Positions 9,822-20,400 of a DNA stretch of 64,000 nucleotides are shown here, in pieces. The notes below the pieces were generated by a model. That model saw nothing but the letters and a program-made list of their open reading frames with translations. It made no database searches and had not been told where the DNA came from. This DNA is from an uncultured Lachnospiraceae bacterium (GTDB taxonomy: Bacteria; Bacillota; Clostridia; Lachnospirales; Lachnospiraceae). The position numbers and the translations under genes were made by a program. The DNA is taken from contig UQDA01000013.1 in assembly GCA_900539715.1 (NCBI GenBank), positions 8,235-72,234 on the forward strand, given 5' to 3'. How positions within the stretch are numbered: the first letter of the stretch is position 1; every line of letters starts with the position of its first letter.

Positions 9822-9896
9822 ACTGAAGACAAGGTCCTCAGTCAATAAGCTCAAACACGGCGGAGACCAAAACGCTCAATAAAGGAGTACAGAGTT

Positions 9897-10256
9897 ATGA
9901 AAAAGCTTGCTTATTGGATCACATTGGCAATATTTTTGATGATAGGATGTCCCTGGCTGACTGTCACATTTGCAGGTGTAAATGGAATGGCTGTCTGCCT
10001 TCTGTTATTTTTTATAATAAATCCGCTTTTTTGTGTTTTGTGCGGCATATTTGCCGGAAAGCAGCTCAGGAGGACATGGCTGCTCCCCTTTATTACCGTA
10101 ATACTGTTTGGAACAGGTGCAAGGATATTTTTTGAAATGGATGTACCGGCCATTTTATTGTATGGCGGATGTTATCTCCTCATCGGTATCGTTACAATGT
10201 CTGTCAGCGGATTTGTGTGCAGAAAAAGGTATAGCACGGAAAACAGTGCGCATTAG
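9897..10256 (+). CDS. small integral membrane protein (4 TM), hypothetical
   Basis: 119 aa and hydrophobic. AAAGGAG RBS. Confidence 0.55.
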   Translation: MKKLAYWITLAIFLMIGCPWLTVTFAGVNGMAVCLLLFFIINPLFCVLCGIFAGKQLRRTWLLPFITVILFGTGARIFFEMDVPAILLYGGCYLLIGIVTMSVSGFVCRKRYSTENSAH

Positions 10257-10395
10257 GCATTATACTGCAAAGTATTTAAAAAACAGAAAGAACGAACTAG
10301 AAGCATTAAAACTTGAAGTGATGAATAATATATCCGAAATACAAATCGCATGGTCTGGTCAGGTGCAGTGCTATGTGAGCAGGAGTTTGAGCCTG

Positions 10396-10590
10396 ACGAG
10401 ATGAAAAAATCTGTCTGCAATGATTGCAATTTATGCGTTGATATCTGCCCTGTCAATGCTTTGAGAAATTCAGAAATAGATCAACAATCTTGCTGGGATT
10501 TTGCATTTGGAGATGATGAAGGAAAACAAATCTGGAAAATATCCTGCCATATAGTCTGTAAACTTTTTCCTGCTTCTTCAAATTCACCAA
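10396..10590 (+). pseudogene. possible remnant of a 4Fe-4S ferredoxin-domain gene (CxxCxxCxxxCP)
   Basis: The frame encodes MKKSVCNDCNLCVDICPVNAL, but the ORF has no stop before running antisense into tpiA. A terminator follows at 10596. Confidence 0.25.
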
Positions 10591-10595
10591 AAAAC

Positions 10596-10621
10596 CAGCC
10601 GGTTTCCCGGCTGGTTTTTAT
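10596..10621. terminator. bidirectional intrinsic terminator CCAGCCGG-TTTC-CCGGCTGG flanked by A/T runs (ends the tpiA operon)
   Basis: A perfect 8-bp GC stem with a 4-nt loop and T5/A6 flanks. Confidence 0.8.
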
Positions 10622-10664
10622 ATCTCACACTCTGAAAAGGCTATTCCGCCTCAGCATGCGATTC

Positions 10665-11414
10665 TTATTTGTAGTTTACGATCTTACCGAAGTCAGCTTT
10701 CAGAGAAGCGCCGCCTACCAGACCGCCGTCGATGTCAGGCTGTGCAAACAGCTCTGCAGCGTTGCCTGCGTTTACGGAACCGCCGTACTGAATACGTACT
10801 GCCTCAGCGGTATCTGTATCGTACATCTCTGCGATGCACTCACGAATGCCCTTGCAAACCTCTTCTGCCTGCTCGGTAGTAGCGGTTTTGCCTGTGCCGA
10901 TAGCCCAGATAGGCTCATATGCGATAACAATACCCTTTACCTGTTCAGCGGTAACGCCAGCCAGGTCGGATTTGATCTGCAGACGAATCCAGTCCATAGT
11001 AACGCCCATCTCTCTCTGCTCCAGAGACTCGCCGCAGCAAAGAATCGGAACAAGACCTGCTTCCAGAGCCTTCTTCACTTTCTTGTTCAGAACGCAGTCG
11101 CACTCTTTGAAGTAGTCACGTCTCTCGGAATGACCGATGATAACGTACTTAACGCCTGCATCTACCAGCATCTCAGCGGAGATTTCGCCGGTGTAAGCGC
11201 CCTTATCTTCAAAGTACATGTTCTCTGCGCCTACTGCTACGTTAGTGCCTTTTACAGCCTCAACAACAGGGATGATGTCGATAGCGGGTACGCAGTAAAC
11301 AACATCTACATCGTCAGATTTTACAACATCTTTTAAAGTGTTGCACAGTTCTACAGCCTGGCTGGGAGTCATATTCATCTTCCAGTTGCCGGCTACGATT
11401 TTTCTTCTTGCCAT
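10665..11414 (-). CDS. tpiA: triosephosphate isomerase
   Basis: Signatures AGNWKMN, IGHSERR and [11 protein letters not shown]. The start is at ATG 11412-11414 with an AAGGAGAG RBS. Confidence 0.95.
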   Translation of the reverse strand: MARRKIVAGNWKMNMTPSQAVELCNTLKDVVKSDDVDVVYCVPAIDIIPVVEAVKGTNVAVGAENMYFEDKGAYTGEISAEMLVDAGVKYVIIGHSERRDYFKECDCVLNKKVKKALEAGLVPILCCGESLEQREMGVTMDWIRLQIKSDLAGVTAEQVKGIVIAYEPIWAIGTGKTATTEQAEEVCKGIRECIAEMYDTDTAEAVRIQYGGSVNAGNAAELFAQPDIDGGLVGGASLKADFGKIVNYK

Positions 11415-11444
11415 TGGAATCACTCTCCTTGTTTAAATATAAAA

Positions 11445-11642
11445 CTTGCTTTCCTTACGAGAAACTTCAGAATTCCTCAACAGAATTCTGAAGTAGCGCA
11501 CTAAATAAGCTTTGCTTTCCTTGCGGGAAACTTCTAAATTCCTTTCAGGAATTCAGAAGTAGCGCAGAAAATAAGCTTCGCTTTCCTTACGAGAAACTTC
11601 TAAATTCCTTTCAGGAATTCAGAAGTAGCGCAGAAAATAAGC
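11445..11642 (-). repeat. three tandem 66-bp repeats, each encoding a 12-14-bp stem-loop, in the pgk-tpiA intercistronic region
   Basis: Units lie at 11445-11510, 11511-11576 and 11577-11642, and a fourth partial unit abuts the pgk stop. Units 2 and 3 are nearly identical. Unit 1 has different but still complementary arms. Confidence 0.85.
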
Positions 11643-11658
11643 TTCGCTTATTTTCTGC

Positions 11659-12882
11659 TTATTTGTCGTCAGCTGCTGCTACGCCGGGAAGCTCCTTACC
11701 CTCTAAGAATTCAAGGGAAGCGCCGCCGCCGGTGGAGATGTGGCTCATCTGAGCTGCGAAACCAAGCTGGTTTACTGCTGCTGCGGAATCGCCGCCGCCG
11801 ATAATGGTGGTAGCGTCTGTCTCAGCCAGAGCCTTTGCAACTTCGATAGTGCCCTTTGCAAGCACAGGGTTCTCAAATACGCCCATAGGTCCGTTCCAAA
11901 CAACGGTCTTAGCTGTCTTTGCAGCCTCAGCAAACAGAGCTGCGGACTTAGGACCGATATCCAGACCGATCTTGTCAGCCGGAATCTTGTCAGCGTCAAC
12001 ATACTCTACAGCGATTTCAGCGTCGATGGGGTTCGGGAAGCTTTCAGCTACAGCAGCGTCAACAGGAAGCAGCAGCTTCTTGCCAAGCTTCTCAGCCTTC
12101 TCCATCATCTCTTTGCAGTAGTCAAGCTTCTCTTCATCAACCAGAGACTTACCGATTTCCAGACCCTGTGCCTTTAAGAAAGTAAATGCCATACCGCCGC
12201 CGATGATAAGAGTATCGCACTTCTCAAGCAGGTTGGAGATAACGTTTAACTTGTCTGCAACCTTAGCGCCGCCCAGGATAGCTACGAAAGGTCTAACAGG
12301 GTTCTCAACCGCATTGCCCAGGAAGTTTATCTCCTTCTGCATCAGGTAGCCAACAACGTTGGAGCCGCCCTTTTCTGTGATGAATTTGGTAACGCCTGCA
12401 ACGGAAGCATGTGCTCTGTGAGAAGAACCGAATGCATCGCAAACGTAATCGTCTGCCAGATCAGCCAGCTCTTTGCTGAACTCTTCGCCATTCTTGGTCT
12501 CTTCTTTGCCGCGGAAACGGGTATTCTGCAGAAGAACAACGTCGCCGTCCTGCATGTTTGCAACTGCCTCTGTAGCAGCTTCGCCTGTCACGTTGTAATC
12601 AGCAACGAATTTTACTTCCTTACCCAGCTTCTCAGACAGTCTTACAGCTACGGGAGCCAGAGACTCGCCTTCGTTGGGGCCGTTTTTAACTTTGCCCAGA
12701 TGAGAGCAAAGGATAACTCTGCCGCCGTCGTTGATCAGCTTCTCGATTGTAGGAAGCGCTGCAACGATACGGGTTTCGTCTGTGATAACGCCGTCTTTCA
12801 GCGGAACGTTGAAGTCACATCTTACCAGAACTCTTTTACCTTTTACGTTGATATCATCAACGGATTTTTTGTTTAAGCCCAT
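11659..12882 (-). CDS. pgk: phosphoglycerate kinase
   Basis: 407 aa, full-length Pgk ([15 protein letters not shown]). GGAGG RBS. Confidence 0.95.
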   Translation of the reverse strand: MGLNKKSVDDINVKGKRVLVRCDFNVPLKDGVITDETRIVAALPTIEKLINDGGRVILCSHLGKVKNGPNEGESLAPVAVRLSEKLGKEVKFVADYNVTGEAATEAVANMQDGDVVLLQNTRFRGKEETKNGEEFSKELADLADDYVCDAFGSSHRAHASVAGVTKFITEKGGSNVVGYLMQKEINFLGNAVENPVRPFVAILGGAKVADKLNVISNLLEKCDTLIIGGGMAFTFLKAQGLEIGKSLVDEEKLDYCKEMMEKAEKLGKKLLLPVDAAVAESFPNPIDAEIAVEYVDADKIPADKIGLDIGPKSAALFAEAAKTAKTVVWNGPMGVFENPVLAKGTIEVAKALAETDATTIIGGGDSAAAVNQLGFAAQMSHISTGGGASLEFLEGKELPGVAAADDK

Positions 12883-12953
12883 GATAGGAACCTCCTGATT
12901 TGAAAATATATAAACGTATTATTTTATTCGGCAGGAAATAAACTTTCCTATCG

Positions 12954-12991
12954 AACAAAAAAGAGGTCCGGTCCTTATCAGACCGGACCTC
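12954..12991 (-). terminator. intrinsic terminator/attenuator hairpin between gap and pgk (GAGGTCCGGTC-N7-GACCGGACCTC + T6)
   Basis: An 11-bp stem followed by TTTTTTG on the minus strand. Confidence 0.7.
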
Positions 12992-13027
12992 CAATGGCCT
13001 ATGTCTTTATGCGAAGCGTTCAGACAA

Positions 13028-14047
13028 TTAAGCGTTCAGCAGTTTGCCGAAGTGCTTGATGGTGCGAACCATCTGGCTTGTGTAGGAGTTCTCGTTGTCG
13101 TACCAAGAAACAACCTGAACCTCAGCAAGGTCATCGCTGATAGGCAGAACCATGGTCTGTGTTGCATCGAACAGAGAACCAAACTTCATGCCAACGATAT
13201 CGCTGGATACGATCTCGTCTGTGTTGTAGCCGAAGGACTCGTTAGCTGCAGCCTTCATAGCCTCGTTGATAGCTTCCTTTGTAGGGTTGCCCTTAACAAC
13301 AGCTGTCAGGATGGTGGTAGAACCTGTAGGGGTAGGAACACGCTGAGCGGAACCGATCAGCTTGCCGTTCAGTTCAGGAATTACCAGACCGATAGCCTTT
13401 GCAGCACCTGTGCTGTTAGGAACGATATTAACTGCTGCTGCACGGGATCTTCTCAGATCGCCTTTTCTCTGAGGGCCGTCCAGAGTCATCTGGTCGCCTG
13501 TGTAAGCGTGAATGGTGCACATGATACCGGACTGGATCGGGAATGCATCGTTCAGAGCCTTAGCCATAGGTGCCAGGCAGTTGGTTGTGCAGGATGCAGC
13601 GGAGATGATGGTATCTTCGTTTGTCAGAGCCTCATGGTTTACGTTGTAAACGATGGTAGGCAGATCGTTGCCTGCGGGAGCAGAGATAACAACGTGCTTA
13701 GCGCCTGCATCGATGTGAGCCTGTGCTTTAGCCTTAGATGTGTAGAAGCCTGTGCACTCCAGAACTACATCTACGCCGATTTCGCCCCAAGGAAGCTCTG
13801 CAGCGTTAGCCTTTGCATAAATTTTGATCTCTTTGCCATCAACGATGATGGAATCCTCACCTGCTTCAACCTTATCAGCCAGTGCATATCTGCCCTGTGT
13901 AGAATCATATTTCAGTAAGTGAGCCAGCATCGCGGGAGATGTCAGGTCGTTGATTGCAACGATCTCAAATCCTTCTGCGCCAAACATCTGTCTGAAAGCC
14001 AGACGACCGATACGGCCAAAACCATTGATTGCTACTTTTACTGCCAT
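13028..14047 (-). CDS. gap: type I glyceraldehyde-3-phosphate dehydrogenase
   Basis: [15 protein letters not shown] and [10 protein letters not shown] motifs. Confidence 0.95.
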   Translation of the reverse strand: MAVKVAINGFGRIGRLAFRQMFGAEGFEIVAINDLTSPAMLAHLLKYDSTQGRYALADKVEAGEDSIIVDGKEIKIYAKANAAELPWGEIGVDVVLECTGFYTSKAKAQAHIDAGAKHVVISAPAGNDLPTIVYNVNHEALTNEDTIISAASCTTNCLAPMAKALNDAFPIQSGIMCTIHAYTGDQMTLDGPQRKGDLRRSRAAAVNIVPNSTGAAKAIGLVIPELNGKLIGSAQRVPTPTGSTTILTAVVKGNPTKEAINEAMKAAANESFGYNTDEIVSSDIVGMKFGSLFDATQTMVLPISDDLAEVQVVSWYDNENSYTSQMVRTIKHFGKLLNA

Positions 14048-14145
14048 TTTAGTTTCCTCCTAAAATTGTTTTAAAAATTCTTTCGCCATGCGGGGCTGTC
14101 CTAAAAAAGGGCAGAGTGCTTGACAAAATTTTATCAACACAGTTA

Positions 14146-14174
14146 TTCTACCTAATTTGATGCAAAATATCAAG
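14146..14174 (-). promoter_or_regulatory. candidate sigma-A promoter for gap (TTGATA-17-TAGAAT on the minus strand)
   Basis: Good hexamers about 95 nt upstream of the gap start. Confidence 0.45.
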
Positions 14175-14333
14175 ATGTAAAATCAAAATAATTGGAAAAC
14201 ATCGCCGAATTTGTGATATACTTGACGACAGGAATAAAAAAGTGCGGGCAGGCGGCGTCACTTTCTTTACGCACACACGCACAAACATGTTTTTTCAACT
14301 GTTTTACAACACAGAACACAGGAGGGTTTTCCC

Positions 14334-15152
14334 ATGCCAATCAAGGCTGATTATCACCTTCACTCTTACTTTTCGGGAGATTCCCAGGCGCCCATGAAAG
14401 AAATGATACAGCGCGCGGTCTCCCTCGGTTTTACGGAAATGTGCTTCACAGAACATATGGACATCGGCTTTCCGGTGTCCGAAGAGTATCCTGCCGGAAT
14501 GTTCGAGGTCGATACCGAGCCTTATCTGTCTGAGCTTTCAAAATACCGTGAACGTTTTTCCGACACCATCAAAGTCCGCTTCGGTATAGAGCTGGGGCTC
14601 CAGCCGGACCTCGCCCATCAGATAGAAGCGTACTCAAAAAGGTATGACTTCGACTTTATCATCGGCTCCACCCATATCGTACAGCACAGAGACCCCGGAT
14701 TCCCTTCTTATTATGAAGGCATCTCCACAGAGGAAGGCTATCGGGCTTATTTTCAGGAGATACTCGACTCCGTCCGCGCCTTTGACAACTTCGATATCTA
14801 CGGGCATATCGACTATGTGATACGCTACAGCAAGGAAAAGGATACCAACTATTGCTACGACCGGTATGCCGATATTTTTGACCGCATCATCGAAAGCCTT
14901 ATCGAAAAGGGCAAAGGCATAGAGATAAATACCGGCGGGCTCGATAAGGGCTTAAAGGAACAGCATCCCTGCACCGAATTTCTGCGCCGCTACCGCAAAA
15001 AGGGCGGCGACATCATCACCGTCGGCTCTGATGCACACCGCCCTGCGGATATCGGCAGGCACTTTGACCGCGCGGCAGAGGCTTTAAAGGAATGCGGCTT
15101 TAACTATTACTGCACCTTTGAAAAGCGTCTGCCTGTCTACCACAAAATCTGA
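14334..15152 (+). CDS. PHP-domain histidinol-phosphatase family (HisJ-like) phosphoesterase
   Basis: A HxH motif at the N-terminus (DYHLHSYFSGD), then the conserved His/Asp residues of the PHP fold. Confidence 0.7.
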   Translation: MPIKADYHLHSYFSGDSQAPMKEMIQRAVSLGFTEMCFTEHMDIGFPVSEEYPAGMFEVDTEPYLSELSKYRERFSDTIKVRFGIELGLQPDLAHQIEAYSKRYDFDFIIGSTHIVQHRDPGFPSYYEGISTEEGYRAYFQEILDSVRAFDNFDIYGHIDYVIRYSKEKDTNYCYDRYADIFDRIIESLIEKGKGIEINTGGLDKGLKEQHPCTEFLRRYRKKGGDIITVGSDAHRPADIGRHFDRAAEALKECGFNYYCTFEKRLPVYHKI

Positions 15153-15196
15153 CCCATAGGCGCTGATGTCACGAAAGGCTGCAGCGATATCAGCGT

Positions 15197-16030
15197 CTAC
15201 AGCGCCACAAATTCCCGATATTGCTGCTGCAGGACGCTGTTGCTTTCACCGACTATTTCCAAAATCTTTACAGCTTCTCCATTCTGCCCCTGCCGCGCAA
15301 GCTTTGAGGACAGAGCCCTTTCCTCGGACTCTTCCCATTCGGCGCGGCAGCTTTTCAGTTTTTCCTCAAGCGCCATGGAAATCTCATACAGCTCCGGGTG
15401 CTCCGCCAGAAAATCCACATATTCCTGCTCTGAAACAGACATGCGCAGCGCTGCCATATACTGTTCTGCACACCTTTTATCGCGCAGAAGCTTCCATGCC
15501 CGCTCGTAAAAAGATGCCGCCTGCTCAAACAAAAACAGCTTCGCATATGCCGTCCCTACATTGTGACAAACCTTTCCCACAAGCTCCGGCTTTACTCCGG
15601 TCAGCCCCTCCAGAAGAGTTTCGTATTCCCGGATCGCAAGCATATATTTTCCATTTTCCAGAAAATAATCTCCCCGCGCCTTTGCCCGTTCCTCTGCACT
15701 GCTGTTCTCATTGAGCGATAACGCCTTTTTTACCTGCACCGCCTCCTCGGCGCTGCAATATCCTGTATAGGCGAACAGCCTTTCTGCAAATGCTGCGACC
15801 GGATCGCTTTCCTGCAGCGCGCTACGCAGGGAAAGCGCCAGATTTTTGAGCATACACTGCTGTCCTATCCACTCTATAAGAGGCTCTCCCAGCATTCCTC
15901 TCTCTAAAAGCCACGCATTTTCCCTGATAAAATAACACAGCTCCTCCACGTTCCAGACATGGACCCTCGCTTTTTCAAAAAAATACGGAAGCTCCGCATT
16001 CCTTCCAAGACAAAGATAAACCCGTCCCAT
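15197..16030 (-). CDS. hypothetical helical repeat (TPR-like) protein, third gene of the uncharacterised operon
   Basis: 277 aa and all-helical with TPR-like stretches. AGGAG RBS. No recognisable enzymatic motif. Confidence 0.6.
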   Translation of the reverse strand: MGRVYLCLGRNAELPYFFEKARVHVWNVEELCYFIRENAWLLERGMLGEPLIEWIGQQCMLKNLALSLRSALQESDPVAAFAERLFAYTGYCSAEEAVQVKKALSLNENSSAEERAKARGDYFLENGKYMLAIREYETLLEGLTGVKPELVGKVCHNVGTAYAKLFLFEQAASFYERAWKLLRDKRCAEQYMAALRMSVSEQEYVDFLAEHPELYEISMALEEKLKSCRAEWEESEERALSSKLARQGQNGEAVKILEIVGESNSVLQQQYREFVAL

Positions 16031-16107
16031 CCTGCACTCCTGTTTCCGCTGTAAGCGTCAGGGCAGACATTGCCCGAAGGCGGCTGTGCGCCAGAGCCCG
16101 CACTGCT

Positions 16108-17421
16108 TTACAGCTCGATATTTTCTTCCCAAAATTTATGGGTCGCCGGAAAAAATTCTCCGAACCCCAGGTCCTCCATACTGATACGCACCGTTGAAAC
16201 ATCCGTCATATCTGCTTTCAGGTGTATCCGCGTCGTCCTTGCCGGACGTTTTGGAATCCCCGAAAGCGTCACCAATACTTCCCGCACCGATTTTCCATCA
16301 AGCGGGGTGATACGCAGCGAAAAGCTTTCCTCATCCTCCAACAGAAATTCAGTCTCCGCCGAAACCTCATACCAGTTGACGCCCGCGTCCAACAGCGCCA
16401 GGTACCTGTCCTGCCCCTGAACTGTCACCGGTATCCCTACGTTGGCTTTTAACATATCCTTCCCCAGAAAGGCATATCCATCGGAAATTCCTCCCGGCAC
16501 AAGACGCTGACGCGCTGCATAGCACGCTCCCTTGCTGTAAAGGTTGCTTCCCAAAAATACGCGTCTGTCCTGACACAAAAACTGCAGCGAGCCCTGATAC
16601 CACTCGCCGTCAAATCCGTCACCTATCAGATAAACGCAGCTTACATTTCTTCCTTCAAGTACCTCCCCGACAGCAGCCTGAAACCTGCGGTCAAGAAATA
16701 TCTTTTCATTCTCCGCTGATTCCTTCTCCCGGCTCAAAGGGCGTACCTCGGGCCAATCCTTTTCTTCTACAAAACAAGCCACCGGTGTCGTTTTTTTATT
16801 TGCCATAAATATAAGCGTCCTTAAATGGCTTCCTGTGAAATCGCACAAAAGCACATCCCTGCGCCACAGCTCCTCCGGTTGGCTGATATTATAGTAAAAA
16901 AAGCTCTCCGCCCTGCCTATCACATAAATCTGCGCCTTCGGTAATCCCAAAAGCTTTGCTGCTTCTCCGAGCGCTTCTAAAATCTGCGGCGTCACCTGCT
17001 CAACAGAGAACACGAGCGCATCCATCCTTTCCGCCCGCACCGACGGCGCCAGCAGGGACAATACCCGCTTTAAGAACAAAGACAACAGTCCGACCGCCTC
17101 AAAGCGTTCCTCACCGACCTCGATATCCTGCCGTCGCACCGCATGCTCCAAAAGTCCGGAAACCAGAAGCGCCTCTCCATTTTCTGACGCCTCCAGCGCC
17201 TTTTCCCCAAACAGCCACACATCCCTCTCGGCACACCGCGCAAGGACAGCCGGAATCCGATATTGCTCCTCATCCGCCCGGCAGCTCACAGTTTCCGGCT
17301 GTCTGCCCGGCAGACAATAGCTGAGCAGGACACCTCCATCTGTCAGATCGAGCCCCGCTGCAGTCACATCCTCGCCTTTTTTCCCTTCGCCACGATGTTT
17401 TTCCCTGTAATCCAGAAACAT
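16108..17421 (-). CDS. hypothetical actin/Hsp70-fold ATPase-like protein
   Basis: 437 aa. The N-terminus AGLDLTDGGVLLSY resembles the Hsp70/actin phosphate-1 motif. VLLCDFTGSHLRTLIF resembles phosphate-2 (DxGGGT). AAGGAG RBS. The gene is translationally coupled to the upstream gene by a 12-nt gap. Confidence 0.65.
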   Translation of the reverse strand: MFLDYREKHRGEGKKGEDVTAAGLDLTDGGVLLSYCLPGRQPETVSCRADEEQYRIPAVLARCAERDVWLFGEKALEASENGEALLVSGLLEHAVRRQDIEVGEERFEAVGLLSLFLKRVLSLLAPSVRAERMDALVFSVEQVTPQILEALGEAAKLLGLPKAQIYVIGRAESFFYYNISQPEELWRRDVLLCDFTGSHLRTLIFMANKKTTPVACFVEEKDWPEVRPLSREKESAENEKIFLDRRFQAAVGEVLEGRNVSCVYLIGDGFDGEWYQGSLQFLCQDRRVFLGSNLYSKGACYAARQRLVPGGISDGYAFLGKDMLKANVGIPVTVQGQDRYLALLDAGVNWYEVSAETEFLLEDEESFSLRITPLDGKSVREVLVTLSGIPKRPARTTRIHLKADMTDVSTVRISMEDLGFGEFFPATHKFWEENIEL

Positions 17422-17433
17422 CCCATCAACTCC

Positions 17434-20400
17434 TTACTCCAAAATGCCAAACAGCCTCTCCGCACAAAAAGACTGATACAGGTAACGCACAAGCCCTTCT
17501 GATGCCTCCCGGGCATTCCGGGAAAGCTTCGCCTGCGCAACGCTGCAAAGCTGCCCGTATCTGCTGTCCTGCGCGGATGCCGGACACCCCTCGGCCTTTA
17601 ACAGACCGCTTTCCAGAATGGTCCCGGGCTCATCTGCCGCCGTCACGAAATACTGCAGATTTTCCCCCGGAAACAGGATAAATGCAGCCGTATAAATACA
17701 GCCGCCCGCGCACAAAAATTCCCTTGTCTCGTAATCTCCTGCTGGCGTCTGCTCCGATACCGTACGCCAATGAAGCAGCGGACGCTTTCCTTCTTTTCCA
17801 TAATAAACCACAAAGGTCTTATCCTGAAGAAGCCCCGCCTGTGCAGTCAGATCGCCCAGTTCTTTTAAAACCGGCACAATGCAGTTTCCGGCAAACAGCT
17901 GCTCTGCTGTCTCACACAGAAGCCCTCTGTCCTTTTCCGAAAAAAGCTGACGGTTTTTCGCATAATATTCCAGAACCGCAATTCGGCACAGCTCACTGAC
18001 CGGCTCCTTTTGCCCCAGCTGCTTCAAAATAGCATGTATCGCAGCGGTATGAACGGGCATATGCTCCACCACGCCGCTGTAGGCGCAACGATGCAAAAAT
18101 GCCAGAAGGAGCTGTCCATGCCCGCCCCCCTTCATGTACTGGCGCAGGATATCCATCCGCTCCGTCACGTCTATCCCCGCAAAAAGCATCTGTCCCATCA
18201 TGCGCCTGCAAAGCTGCCAGGTATCCACGCCAAATCCTTCCGCCTCGCGCTTTATTACTTCCAGCTCCGCAATGCTCCCTTCATACCAGTCCGTCAGCTC
18301 CTGCAAAATACGCGCGTCATATTTTCCTCCCAGCGCCGCCTGCGCACACAAAGCCGTCATCCGCTTCTGCCCGGAAAAAAGTCCCCGCTCTAAAAGTCCC
18401 GTCCCCAACCGCAGCAAAATCCCCGGTTCCAGACGAGACAGCTCCTCTCCTTCCAGCCATTGATATGCCTTTTCATAAAAACCCTGCATCACCAGCATGC
18501 CTGTCACGCTCAAACATTCCTCAGAGCTGACCTGTTCTTTTTCCAGATTTCTCAAAAAGCTGCGAAGCTGTTTTTCTCTGCCTGCTTTTTGCAGATATGC
18601 TGCCAGCCTGCCCCTTACTTTACGGGCATAATATTCTTCCAGACGGGGTTCTCCTGCAAGCGCTTCATAGCAGCTTTCGTTTTCTGCGCATATCTCCCCC
18701 TGTCCTTCCGCAGCAGAAATGCGGAACACAAGGCTGTCCTTCCCCCATTCCAGAAGCTCCTGCTCATTCCATACCGCAAGGATCTCCTTTTTTTCAAAAA
18801 GAGGGGTTAACTGCGCCTTTTCGTTTACCACACAGCGATTCTGTTCTTCATCCTCCGTGAGTAAAAGCATCTCTCCGCCATATCTGCTGATACACGCCCT
18901 TCCCTTCTGGAGAAGCCATACTTCCTCACCCTTTATCTGCCTGTGCAGAACCACCAGTTTTTTGCCCCGGCGGGCATTCTCCTGCTCCGGCACAAAAATC
19001 TCTTCACTCCCAAAGAGCTCTGCCAGCATGGCTCCCTGCGCTGCTTCCACCCTCCCGCTCTGCAGATTACGACGGTACAGCCATGCCAAATCCCTGTTTA
19101 CTCTTCCTTTGTAAAGACAATCCTCCAAAAATCTGTCTATCTGCGGCTTGTATGTGATATAAAGCTCTGTATCCTCATCCCTGCGCTCATCCACGCAGGC
19201 ATACAGATACGCCGCGTATTCCCAGTCAAGATTGCTCTGGTAGGCAAAATACAAAAGAACGCTTTTGGGAAGCTCTCTCCGCTCCGACAGATCCATTGTC
19301 ATCAGATAATATTCATAAAGCCTCGTCACACGCAGCCGGTTTTCCACACCCCGTTCATACCACACATGATATGCTTTTTCACGCACGCCCCCTTTTATCA
19401 AAAGAGTACATATCGCCCACAGAATATCCGTATTCCTGTCTTTTTCCCAGATAAGGCGCAGTATTTCAAACAGCGTCCGGTCAAAATATTTCTCGCGTCC
19501 GGCGAGCTCTGCCAGCTGCCCTTCCAGATTCTCAGAAACTATCCCCTGCCTTGCGCCGTAGGCCAATATCTGCTTCACAACGCCGTCAAATCCCGTCAAA
19601 AGAGCCGGTTCCGCATTTAAAAGCTGCATTGCTTCCAGATACATCACCGGACTTTTACAGCCCTTTTCAAACTGTTCCATCAAAAACTGCCACTTCCGGG
19701 ACGCGCTGTGATTTAAGTTCCGGGACAAAAACAGCAACAGCCACGCTATCCGCCATTCCCGGGGATGCTGTGCAAATACTTCTTCAACCTTTGCGCATAC
19801 CCTGCGCGTATATGTTTCATCTTTTTTATAGAGGGAAACAAGATACAGATAATAACATCCCGTCACGACGTCCGCTTCTTCTACAAAAGGCTTTGCCTGC
19901 TTTAAGACCCATCCTGCCTCCTCATTTTTTTGCTGTGTCAAAAGAAGCTGAGCCAAAAAAAGTTTAGATACAGCGCGTTGTCTGTCGCAGTGGGCCATCC
20001 GTTCCACGCATTCCTGTGTTTTTGCCTGCCAGGATGCCGCATCCGTCTTTTTCATCCGAAACTGCTGATACAACGTTACAAGTTTTAAGATACATGCCTT
20101 AAACTCCCGATCTCTCCGATCCTTTATCTTACGCTGCATCGTGCTGCGCCGTGCCTCCACCTCGACCGCAAAGCTGCCGCCCTTCCAGGAAAAGCATATC
20201 CGCCCGAAATTATTTCCGTCATGCATCCTTTCTTCATTCAAAAAAACCGGAATGCGGCACAAATTTCCCAGAAAATCATCCTCGCCTATCCTGCTTTTTT
20301 CCAGCGTTAAAAAATCGCCCTGTGCCTCTACGGTCAGATGCACCGGCCCCCATCCGTTTTTTAGTACCTGTATCTCCTCGCTCATTGTCTCCCGGATTTC

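Noticed and set aside
10620-11336. Long plus-strand ORF (328 aa on the track) continuing through the tpiA region
   Set aside because: It runs antisense to the well-supported tpiA gene and has no coding-like features. Only its first ~200 nt might be a gene remnant.
11445-11660. Possibility that the tandem repeats are a CRISPR array
   Set aside because: The units are directly abutting 66-bp repeats with no unique spacers, and no cas genes lie in the window.
13001-13918. 305-aa plus-strand ORF opposite gap
   Set aside because: It is antisense to GAPDH, Cys-rich and low-complexity, with no RBS.
14048-14333. Search for a CggR operator upstream of gap
   Set aside because: No cggR gene is adjacent, and no CGGGACN6TGTC direct repeats are seen. 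Only a candidate sigma-A promoter is reported.
18010-19620. Several 100-225-aa plus-strand ORFs inside the 1210-aa gene
   Set aside because: They are antisense to a long intact ORF, are Pro/Ser/Arg-rich with low-complexity translations, and have no RBSs.
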